From a virus (Duplodnaviria > Heunggongvirae > Uroviricota > Caudoviricetes), in the IMG/VR virus record IMGVR_UViG_3300013102_000003, positions 134,644-168,556 of that record: a DNA stretch of 33,913 nucleotides. One strand, written 5' to 3'. Shown one piece after another: positions 1 to 7,514 of the stretch. Below the pieces are notes generated by a model that had not been told where the DNA came from, made no database searches, and worked only from the letters and a program-made list of their open reading frames with translations. Every line of letters begins with the position of its first letter. The first letter of the stretch is position 1. The translations under genes were made by a program, and so were the position numbers.

Positions 1-1
1 A

Positions 2-3000
2 TCCTACGGAGGGTTCTACCTCACCGACGAGTCCTCCAAGAGTTGGTCTGACAAATACGCCAAGGAGCGTAACGGTGTCATGCACGGCTTCGCCATCGAC
101 AAGAACGCCCGAATCGATGACCGTGGAAGCGAGCAGATCGACCGCATCTCCGCAGAGGACCGTGCCAAAGCTGCCGAGACCTCCGATATCATCAAGGGTA
201 AGGACCTTCTCGGGCGTACCCAGTATGTTATCCTCAACAAGGATGTCGTCAAGGGTGTTGGTGAAACCAACATCAAGGAGGACAAGGCCTCTGAAAACGC
301 CCCAGACGCTCCCACGGCCTCAAAGCCTGAAGCAGCCCCAGAGTCTGCCCCTGAAGCACCTGAATCCGCTTTCCTCAACGGATACGACATTGACGCGGAC
401 TCCGAACTGGGTACTGTCGAGCGTGACGTGGACGGTCAGGACTTCACGATGATGAACACCAGCCGGGACCTGCTCAACGCACTTCCGGTTGGCTCTACCG
501 TTACCACACTCGACCCTGAAAAGATGGACGCCGGTCAGCCTGTCGTCAAGGCTGGCCCGAACACTTGGGGACGCTCTCGCTCACTGGGTGACCACACTTG
601 GGATATCTTTGCAGATAACCAGATGCTAGAGTATGGTGTACACACAGGTATCCGTATGCCTGACCACGCAGAGAACGACTTCACCCCTCAGGAGCTTGCG
701 GACATTAACAGGCAGGCCGAGAGGGAGCGTGCTGAGGAAGCGGCATCTGAAAAGCGCTACCAGCAGAGGCAGACAGAGCGCGAAGCCAAGCAGAACGCGA
801 CCCCTGTTGATGAAGCAACCCCTGAGGCAACTCCTGCCCCCACACAGGCACCGCTTGTCCGTGGCGAGCAGGGAGAGATCAAGCTGTCAGGTGTCCGCAA
901 GCAGACCAAGCGCGACGACAAGTCCACACAGCACGTCAAGACTCTTGACAAGCTTGAGGAAGGTGATAGAGTAAGCCACACGAACGCCCGTGGAGAGAAG
1001 TCTACCTACCAGAAGCACGCTGACGGTACTTGGGACGAGATTGACCCCAACGACGAGTTCCCTGAGGACAGCCCCATCCGTGAGGCCATCCCCGCATCGG
1101 AAATCGCTGACATTCACAAGCGTGGAGACCTCAAGGTCACCAAGGCTGGCGAAGAGGAACAGGTTGACGCTCCTGCACAGGCACCAGCACCGGAACAGGC
1201 TCCAGAAGCCGCTCCGGCACCTGACGCTGCCCCGGAAACGGACGCAACACCAGAAGCTGACGCCCCGGAAGAGGTAAAGTACTCCAGAATCCTCGCGCCG
1301 GATGTACGCCGTACGGTCAGCAACTACGCTAACGAGCATGGCGACGACGCTGGTTTCCGTGTTGTGAACGGCAGCACAATCGAGGTCACAGATCTCGATA
1401 AGGCTCAGCAGGCATTCAGGGACATGGTATCGGAACTCGATCAGCCCGGTACAAGCCGTGCAGCGAACATTAGCAGGAACCGCGTTCAGCGCGAGGCCCG
1501 TGCTATGCTTGTACGTTTGAACACCGAGATCGAGAACAGGGATCGTGACAATTCCAAGGCACAGCCTGTGAACGGTGATCCGGACTTCACTCCGATTGAC
1601 GGCAAGGTCACTGTACAGCCAGACGGTAGCCAGAAGTTCACATCTACCAAGACAAAGCGTGATGAGGCCAAGAAGGCTCAGGAAGAGGCTGGACAGGAAC
1701 CGTCAGACGTTCAGGATGCTGAGCTTGATGACAACGCGCCCGAGCAGGAGAAGGTTGACCCTATCTCCGATGAGCAGGCTGGGCGTGTCCTTGAGTCTCT
1801 GACCGCAGAGAACCCTCTTCCGGAGGGCATCGAGCGCCACGTTCCAGAGGCAGTTGAGGGTGAGGATTACGCTCCGACCCAGCAGCAGCAGGACGTTATT
1901 GACGCCGTTCTCGGCGGATTGAACACTCTTGTTCAGGCTAAGGCCGGTGCCGGTAAGACTTCCACGCTTCGTGCAATCGCACGCCGCTTGAAGCTCACCC
2001 GTCCGGATGCTAAGATTGGCTACATTGCGTTCAACAAGTCGGTTCAGCTTGAGGCCAACGGGTCCATGCCAAACAACACTGAGGCCCGTACAGGGCACTC
2101 TATTGCCATGGCATGGGCACAGGAGTGGATGCAGAAGCGTCTCGCTCCGAAAACTCTCCAGAACCCGACTGGGTCCCTTAGCCGTCCGTCTGACTGGGCC
2201 GATCACCTAGGCATCCACACCACTCTTGACAACAATGGCAAGGCGTTCGCTACGAACAGTCAGGCCATGGCGGTCAAGCGCACTCTGGACACCTACGCGT
2301 TCAGCGGTGATGACAATATTGGTGCCCACCACCTTCCGGAATCCGTCAAGGAGATGCCAGAGCACATTCAGGACGCCGTCCTAGACTTTGCTTCTGCCGC
2401 ATGGTTTGACATGAAGGATCGCAACGGTAAGCTTCGCATGACCCTTGACCAGATCCGCAAACAGTGGGCACTTTCCCGTCCGGACTTCTCCAAGCCCGGT
2501 TCTGGACTTTCCCGCCCTGTTAGTGTATTGTTCCTTGATGAGGCTCAGGACACACCTCCTGTTCTCGCCAAGGTCATTGCTGACCAGAAGAACGTCCAGA
2601 AGGTCATCGTTGGTGACGCGGATCAGGCTATTTACGGCTTCACCGGAGCAACGGACTACCTGTCCGAAGCTGAGGGTGATGTTGAGCTTCCGCTGAACAA
2701 GTCGTGGCGTTTCGGCCCTGCCGTTGCCGACATGGGTAACCGATTCCTTCAGATTGCAGAGTCTCCACAGCGTGTCGTTGGCGGCGGCGATTCCAAGATC
2801 GTTGAGAACATGCAGGATGCTGACGCTGTGCTTGTCCGCTCCAACGGTGGCATGCTTGGCGAGATCGGCAGTGAGCTTGAGCGCGGACGTGTCGTGGGCG
2901 TTTCCGAGAAGACCAAGGATGACCTGAAGTCTCTCATTGCGACTGCACGTTACCTCCGTGACGGTGGCCGCGCACCTCGCTCGCTGCATGAAGATCTTGC

Positions 3001-6000
3001 TGACTTCCACTCTTGGGGGGAATTCATGCAGGAAGTGGACAGGGGCGACGACCAGAACCTTGCCAAGATTGCGCGTATGATTGATACGTTCGGCCTTGAC
3101 AAAATGGATGAACTGATTGATAGTGTAGTAGCTACTGGCGGATCTGTGTTCAACGCCATCACCTTTGAGGACCACCCTACGGTCGGCCTCATTGCTCGCG
3201 GTGACACCTTCCCAGCTAGGACGTTCATGCGAGATGCCGGGTTCCGCTGGGTCAATGACCCTAGTGGAGCTATCATCCCGGCTGGCCGTAACAATGCCGG
3301 ACAGCGAGAGAAGGTTTGGGCTGCTGCGGGTACGCCTGCCGAGCGTCAGGCCAAGCTTGATCGTGCCAAGGAACTTGGCGCATCGACTGAGCCGGATGTT
3401 GTGATCTCGACCGCGCACAAGGCCAAGGGCCTTGAGTGGGATCGTGTCCGCATCGGTGATGACTTCTGGGCACCAAAGGTTGACCCGGATACCGGCGAAG
3501 TGGAGATGGTAAAGCCTGAAGAGCTTCGCCTGAACTACGTTGCCGTGACTCGTGCTGCCAAGGAACTTGATCTGGGTTCCCTCGCGTGGGTATTGGATCA
3601 CTCTGATGAGAACGGCGGGATCGTCCCGAGCGCCACTGAAAAGGACGTTACTCCTTCCCTCCAGTCGGGAGACGAGGACCGTACAAAGTCCCCTGTCAAG
3701 TCGGCTCCGGAAGAAGTTGCGCCTGAAGAGGCACCTGCTCTGGTAGAACCAGATGTGGCTCCGGAACCTGAAGTTGCACCTGAGCCGGAAAACCCGTACA
3801 ATGAGAACGGCCTCACAGACGTTGAGCAGTCTACACTAGACTACGCTAACCGTCGTCTGGACCGTGCCCGTCAGGGTAGCGACACCGCAAGCATCGATGA
3901 TCTGGAACGTGAAGTCAACAACATCATGGAACACGGGGAGCGCCGCAACGCTGGCGAGACCCTTCCTGAGTACGATCCTGAGCCAATCAGGGACGAAGCT
4001 GAGGAAGTTCCTGAGGTTGAAGACGCTCCGGCAACAACTGAACACATACCAATGGGTCGCCGTACCCGTCGTGACTACAGCGGTGTCATCCTCAAGGATG
4101 CCAACGGTGCTGAGCTTTCACACGGCGATATGATCGGTCACAGGACTCACGGACCAGTCCAGATCACTGGAATGACTCCGGCATCTGGCCGTGTCCAGTT
4201 CATCAACCCTAAGACCGGACACACCGGCTCTGTTGACACAAGCCGTGTAACCCGTATCGATGCTTCGGCTCCTGAGGCGGCTACACCTGAGACACCTTCG
4301 GCTGGTATTCCGGATGTTCCGGGTACCCTCTTCATTGATCCGGCAACGGGCAAGAAGGCGTTCATTGACAAGCATGGTAACATGGTTGTCAAGGGAGATC
4401 GTGTCGTTGACTCTAGGAACGGAAACGCTGGCGAAGTTGTCGGTGTTTATCGTGCTGCTGACGGTGGAGCATGGCCTGCCATCAAGTTTGATGGGGAGGC
4501 CGGAGGACCGCGCCGTGTCAAGGGTCACCTTGTTCACAAGGAAGGTTCGGAAGAAACTTCTCCTGCCCCTGAGGCTCCTGTTACACCTGAGGTAGCTCCG
4601 GCTCCTGAAGCTCCTAGCGCCCCTGAGGCTCCGAGTGCTCCGGAAGTACCGGAGACCGTTGTAGACGCCCCTGAGGCGGCTCCAGCGGATGCTCCGAGTG
4701 GCAGATCACTTACAGGCACGAGGACAGAAATCCACAATGCCTTGAATGCTGCTCCAATTGGATCGACAGTGCTCAACACCATGAATGGTAGAGTTCTGAC
4801 GAAGCTACAGGACAACGTCTGGGGAAGTGACGGCGTGGGAAGCCACACCAGCTTGGACCTTGCCCGTTCGGCATCTATCGCTCAGGTCCAGAACCCGTTC
4901 GAGATTACCCTTGCCGAGGCGGCACCTAGCGCTCCGGAGGTAACTCCGACTGTAGATGCTACACCGGCTGGGCCGTCCACGCCAGTATCTCCGCAAGGCC
5001 CAGTAAGTGTGCAGCTAGGCCAGAGTGAAAGCGAGAGGTTGGATGCCATCCTCAACGCACCAATCGGTTCGACCCTACGTGGAGCCAACTCCCTTAGAAC
5101 ATACACTAAGAGGGATGACGACGAGTGGTTCTCGGATACAGGTGTGACATCTGTACCGTGGACAAACTCAGAGATGGCTGGAATTTCGGACCCGACAAGT
5201 GCTCGTGGTGTCACAACGCTGACAACACCTACAGCACCCGACGCCCCCGTGGCACCTTCGCCTGAGACTGTGGCTCCGGTACGTCTTCAAGGCTTTACGG
5301 CTATCGCACCCGACACCGCACTCCCCGGAGACGTTGTTGGTCGTCGTGATGTGTTGTCAAATGCTCCGATTGGCACTAAGCTGGGCGGACCTAGTGGCAC
5401 TTTTATGGAGAAGGTCGGACCAGATGAGTGGCACAACGCGGCAATGGATCACCGATGGACCAGCCAAGATGTTGCACTTCTCTCCACTTCTGGAGGGTGG
5501 ACGCTTAATCCGTCTGGCGTTGCAACGCAGCCAGAGGGCACACTTCCGGCAGATCCCGCAGAGAGGCTAAGTTTCGTTGAGGGGCTTCACGAAGGATCTA
5601 CCCTCTCCAGAAATGGTCTGAAGTTTACCAAGATTGGGCCAAACCAATGGAAGTCTGACTTCACTGGCACCATTTACGGTGACAATGATATGGCTGATCT
5701 GGGAAGGGAGAACTACGGAAGCTGGAATGTCGTTGCCGCAGAGAAGGCAGTTGAGCCGGAAGGAATTCACCCCGGACTGCCGGATGGTTCATTCCTTCCA
5801 AACTCTGAGGGATCGACTACAGGACTACGTAGGGTTGGCGCTGACCGCTGGGAGATGATCCGCAACGGAGAATCAACCGGTCGATTCAGCAATGATGAGA
5901 CTGCACAGATGTTGATGGACATGAACGGCACGACAGTTCAGGCTCCACCTCCCGTAGCCTCTCCAAAGGTCGATTTTGGGCCAATGGATTTCGGTATATC

Positions 6001-6826
6001 TAACTTCCCCGGAGGTAAATCATTCGGTGATTGGATTCTCGAAAATCAGGGGGATTTCTCCAACCTGACCATTGACCAGAAGCAGGCGGTCAAGGATAGC
6101 TACAAGGCATTCATTGAGCACCTAAACACTAGACTGCCGGAAGGTGTCAGGGCGGAACAGAGCGGGTCCATCTCGTTCGGTTCCACTAACATGCGCCACT
6201 CCATGGCTTTCTACAAGGGCAATGTGCACCTTGGAAACGCTGACCGAGACTTTAACGCCAATTACTTCGATGCACGTACTGGCGCAAGAGTATCGCATGT
6301 ACACCACTCGCTCTACCAGATCTCCGATCAGGGTGGCGGAATTTCTTCGGCATTCCTGAAGGCTTCAAAGGAACTCTACAGGCAGATGGGTGTGGATCGA
6401 ATCACTATCCATGCAGCCCTTACGGTTGGCGGGTACGCTTGGGCCAGAGGTGGTTTTGACTTTGAGAACTTCAACGCCATGAAGCACGCCATCACATCTT
6501 GGAAGCTGAGAATGCCTACCCGACCGTTCCCCGGCCAGTCGCAGGCTGAGTTTAATGCTCTGAAGCAGAAGTTCGCTGAGTTGTCCGCAAGAGCTACAAT
6601 GCAGAACTACCGTGACGGAACGCACCCGACTCCGCGTGACTTTGCGGATATCGGTCGTCCAAGTGGTCGAACCACTAAGGACATGAACTGGTTCGGCAAG
6701 AAGATGCTCAAGGGCAGTAGCTGGATGGGTGAGTTCGTGTTGAACGCTGACGGAAAGCCGAACCCCTACTCCGTAGACGGTGCCCCGGTGACTGAGGTTG
6801 CGCAGGCAGCACCGAGTGGTGTATAG
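2..6826 (+). CDS. Giant polyvalent phage protein (5'-truncated, at least 2274 aa): ART-like segment, repeat domains, SF1 UvrD-like helicase, SH3-like modules, C-terminal GNAT-like domain
   Basis: The frame is open from base 2 (SYGGFYLTDESSKSWSDKYAKERNGV) into the listed ATG at 80, so the true start lies upstream of the window. Helicase motifs: I AGAGKT (~1943), II DEAQD (~2537), III VGDADQAIYGFTGA, IV LNKSWRF, V STAHKAKGLEWD (~3407), VI EELRLNYVAVTRA (~3518). Globular islands are separated by Pro/Ala/Glu linkers. Confidence 0.9.
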   Translation, partial: SYGGFYLTDESSKSWSDKYAKERNGVMHGFAIDKNARIDDRGSEQIDRISAEDRAKAAETSDIIKGKDLLGRTQYVILNKDVVKGVGETNIKEDKASENAPDAPTASKPEAAPESAPEAPESAFLNGYDIDADSELGTVERDVDGQDFTMMNTSRDLLNALPVGSTVTTLDPEKMDAGQPVVKAGPNTWGRSRSLGDHTWDIFADNQMLEYGVHTGIRMPDHAENDFTPQELADINRQAERERAEEAASEKRYQQRQTEREAKQNATPVDEATPEATPAPTQAPLVRGEQGEIKLSGVRKQTKRDDKSTQHVKTLDKLEEGDRVSHTNARGEKSTYQKHADGTWDEIDPNDEFPEDSPIREAIPASEIADIHKRGDLKVTKAGEEEQVDAPAQAPAPEQAPEAAPAPDAAPETDATPEADAPEEVKYSRILAPDVRRTVSNYANEHGDDAGFRVVNGSTIEVTDLDKAQQAFRDMVSELDQPGTSRAANISRNRVQREARAMLVRLNTEIENRDRDNSKAQPVNGDPDFTPIDGKVTVQPDGSQKFTSTKTKRDEAKKAQEEAGQEPSDVQDAELDDNAPEQEKVDPISDEQAGRVLESLTAENPLPEGIERHVPEAVEGEDYAPTQQQQDVIDAVLGGLNTLVQAKAGAGKTSTLRAIARRLKLTRPDAKIGYIAFNKSVQLEANGSMPNNTEARTGHSIAMAWAQEWMQKRLAPKTLQNPTGSLSRPSDWADHLGIHTTLDNNGKAFATNSQAMAVKRTLDTYAFSGDDNIGAHHLPESVKEMPEHIQDAVLDFASAAWFDMKDRNGKLRMTLDQIRKQWALSRPDFSKPGSGLSRPVSVLFLDEAQDTPPVLAKVIADQKNVQKVIVGDADQAIYGFTGATDYLSEAEGDVELPLNKSWRFGPAVADMGNRFLQIAESPQRVVGGGDSKIVENMQDADAVLVRSNGGMLGEIGSELERGRVVGVSEKTKDDLKSLIATARYLRDGGRAPRSLHEDLADFHSWGEFMQEVDRGDDQNLAKIARMIDTFGLDKMDELIDSVVATGGSVFNAITFEDHPTVGLIARGDTFPARTFMRDAGFRWVNDPSGAIIPAGRNNAGQREKVWAAAGTPAERQAKLDRAKELGASTEPDVVISTAHKAKGLEWDRVRIGDDFWAPKVDPDTGEVEMVKPEELRLNYVAVTRAAKELDLGSLAWVLDHSDENGGIVPSATEKDVTPSLQSGDEDRTKSPVKSAPEEVAPEEAPALVEPDVAPEPEVAPEPENPYNENGLTDVEQSTLDYANRRLDRARQGSDTASIDDLEREVNNIMEHGERRNAGETLPEYDPEPIRDEAEEVPEVEDAPATTEHIPMGRRTRRDYSGVILKDANGAELSHGDMIGHRTHGPVQITGMTPASGRVQFINPKTGHTGSVDTSRVTRIDASAPEAATPETPSAGIPDVPGTLFIDPATGKKAFIDKHGNMVVKGDRVVDSRNGNAGEVVGVYRAADGGAWPAIKFDGEAGGPRRVKGHLVHKEGSEETSPAPEAPVTPEVAPAPEAPSAPEAPSAPEVPETVVDAPEAAPADAPSGRSLTGTRTEIHNALNAAPIGSTVLNTMNGRVLTKLQDNVWGSDGVGSHTSLDLARSASIAQVQNPFEITLAEAAPSAPEVTPTVDATPAGPSTPVSPQGPVSVQLGQSESERLDAILNAPIGSTLRGANSLRTYTKRDDDEWFSDTGVTSVPWTNSEMAGISDPTSARGVTTLTTPTAPDAPVAPSPETVAPVRLQGFTAIAPDTALPGDVVGRRDVLSNAPIGTKLGGPSGTFMEKVGPDEWHNAAMDHRWTSQDVALLSTSGGWTLNPSGVATQPEGTLPADPAERLSFVEGLHEGSTLSRNGLKFTKIGPNQWKSDFTGTIYGDNDMADLGRENYGSWNVVAAEKAVEPEGIHPGLPDGSFLPNSEGSTTGLRRVGADRWEMIRNGESTGRFSNDETAQMLMDMNGTTVQAPPPVASPKVDFGPMDFGISNFPGGKSFGDWILENQGDFSNLTIDQKQAVKDSYKAFIEHLNTRLPEGVRAEQSGSISFGSTNMRHSMAFYKGNVHLGNADRDFNANYFDARTGARVSHVHHSLYQISDQGGGISSAFLKASKELYRQMGVDRITIHAALTVGGYAWARGGFDFENFNAMKHAITSWKLRMPTRPFPGQSQAEFNALKQKFAELSARATMQNYRDGTHPTPRDFADIGRPSGRTTKDMNWFGKKMLKGSSWMGEFVLNADGKPNPYSVDGAPVTEVAQAAPSGV
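1865..3600 (+). other. Superfamily 1 (UvrD/Rep-like) helicase domain within the giant protein
   Basis: Q-motif region PTQQQQDVI, Walker A AGAGKT, Ia YIAFNK, Walker B FLDEAQD, and motifs III-VI are all present in order without disruption. Confidence 0.93.
6200..6745 (+). other. GNAT-fold acetyltransferase-like domain at the C-terminus of the giant protein
   Basis: ISDQGGGISSAFLKASKELYRQMGVDRITIHAALTVGGYAWARGGFDF resembles GNAT motif A (Q/RxxGxG/A-like loop then helix), followed by the beta5 strand and a motif B ending in ...xGF. Confidence 0.65.
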
Positions 6827-6855
6827 TAATGGTAAACCTAGAGAAAGGACTTACA

Positions 6856-7374
6856 ATGTTGAGTGAAAGAGGCGTAGAGATACGCAGAATCCGCGATCAG
6901 ATCACGGAGATCCACGAAGCGTGGGTTGAAGAGATGGAGTCCAAGGTTCCATACAACGCCAACGAGGACGCGGACTACAATGAGCACCACGTAGTCATGG
7001 ACGCGACAGCGGAGCAGGAGAAGGTCTTCCAAGACCGCATTGCCCCTCTGGAGAAGCGTCTTGCGGAACTGCTGAATGACCCGGCCAACGATGAGACGGA
7101 TCTTGTGTCCAAGGTTTCAGACTCGGTGGACTTTCATCTGGCAGTCAACGGAGATGCTGTCCAGATGCTGGTCAAGCACGACTTCGATGAAGGTCTGCTC
7201 AGCTATCGGGAGAAGGGTGAGTGGGTTCCGGTCAAGCCGGGAGACGACCTCCCAGCCCTTGATGAGGCTGACCTGCTTGAAGTGGTCGGAGACGCCACAG
7301 AGATCTGGGACGAAAAGGAAGGATCGGAGATTAATCTCTTTGACTTCAGTTCGGTACTTCTAGACGAAGCATAA
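6856..7374 (+). CDS. Acidic hypothetical protein (172 aa), two-module; putative partner of the upstream effector
   Basis: ORF 6829..7374. ATG 6856 is preferred because of the RBS GAAAGGA at 6843-6849. The gene is closely coupled to the giant gene and followed by a terminator hairpin. Confidence 0.85.
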   Translation: MLSERGVEIRRIRDQITEIHEAWVEEMESKVPYNANEDADYNEHHVVMDATAEQEKVFQDRIAPLEKRLAELLNDPANDETDLVSKVSDSVDFHLAVNGDAVQMLVKHDFDEGLLSYREKGEWVPVKPGDDLPALDEADLLEVVGDATEIWDEKEGSEINLFDFSSVLLDEA

Positions 7375-7383
7375 ACACAAATG

Positions 7384-7420
7384 AGGACGCCCATTGCGAC
7401 AAGCGGTGGGCGTCCTTTGT
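7384..7420 (+). terminator. Intrinsic terminator-like hairpin
   Basis: AGGACGCCCATTGC-gacaa-GCGGTGGGCGTCCT forms a 14-bp stem with two G-U pairs, followed by TTGT, about 10 nt after the stop at 7374. Confidence 0.75.
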
Positions 7421-7428
7421 GGTATACT
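7420..7428 (+). promoter_or_regulatory. Extended -10 promoter (TGGTATACT)
   Basis: TGn-TATACT in AT-rich intergenic DNA directly after the terminator; the motif recurs in the window. Confidence 0.65.
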
Positions 7429-7514
7429 GTAGACTACCGATAAAATATGTTTAAGTAGGCTTGATGTCTGATATTACACCGTCCGCCTCTGACCTGTCCA
7501 TGGAAGGCGAAACT

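Noticed and set aside
80-82. ATG 80 as start of the giant gene
   Set aside because: No RBS, and the frame is open to base 2 with domain-like sequence upstream.
1865-3600. Intein or intron in the helicase
   Set aside because: No C/S...HN splice motifs or LAGLIDADG/HNH motifs seen; the only insertion is a small domain before motif V.
2381-3601. Long minus-strand ORFs (2381..3601, 11707..12714, 12401..13363, 21394..22338 and others)
   Set aside because: They lie antisense to well-supported + strand genes, have no recognisable motifs and are expected shadows of GC-biased codon usage.
4560-4700. APEAPS-type tandem repeats as a CRISPR-like or regulatory array
   Set aside because: Degenerate at third codon positions with no repeat-spacer structure; ordinary low-complexity protein linker.
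6817-6838. Extended -10 promoter in front of the 172-aa gene (GTGTATAGT / TGGTAAACC)
   Set aside because: Neither fits the TGn-TAnnnT spacing or final T of the other copies; too weak to call.
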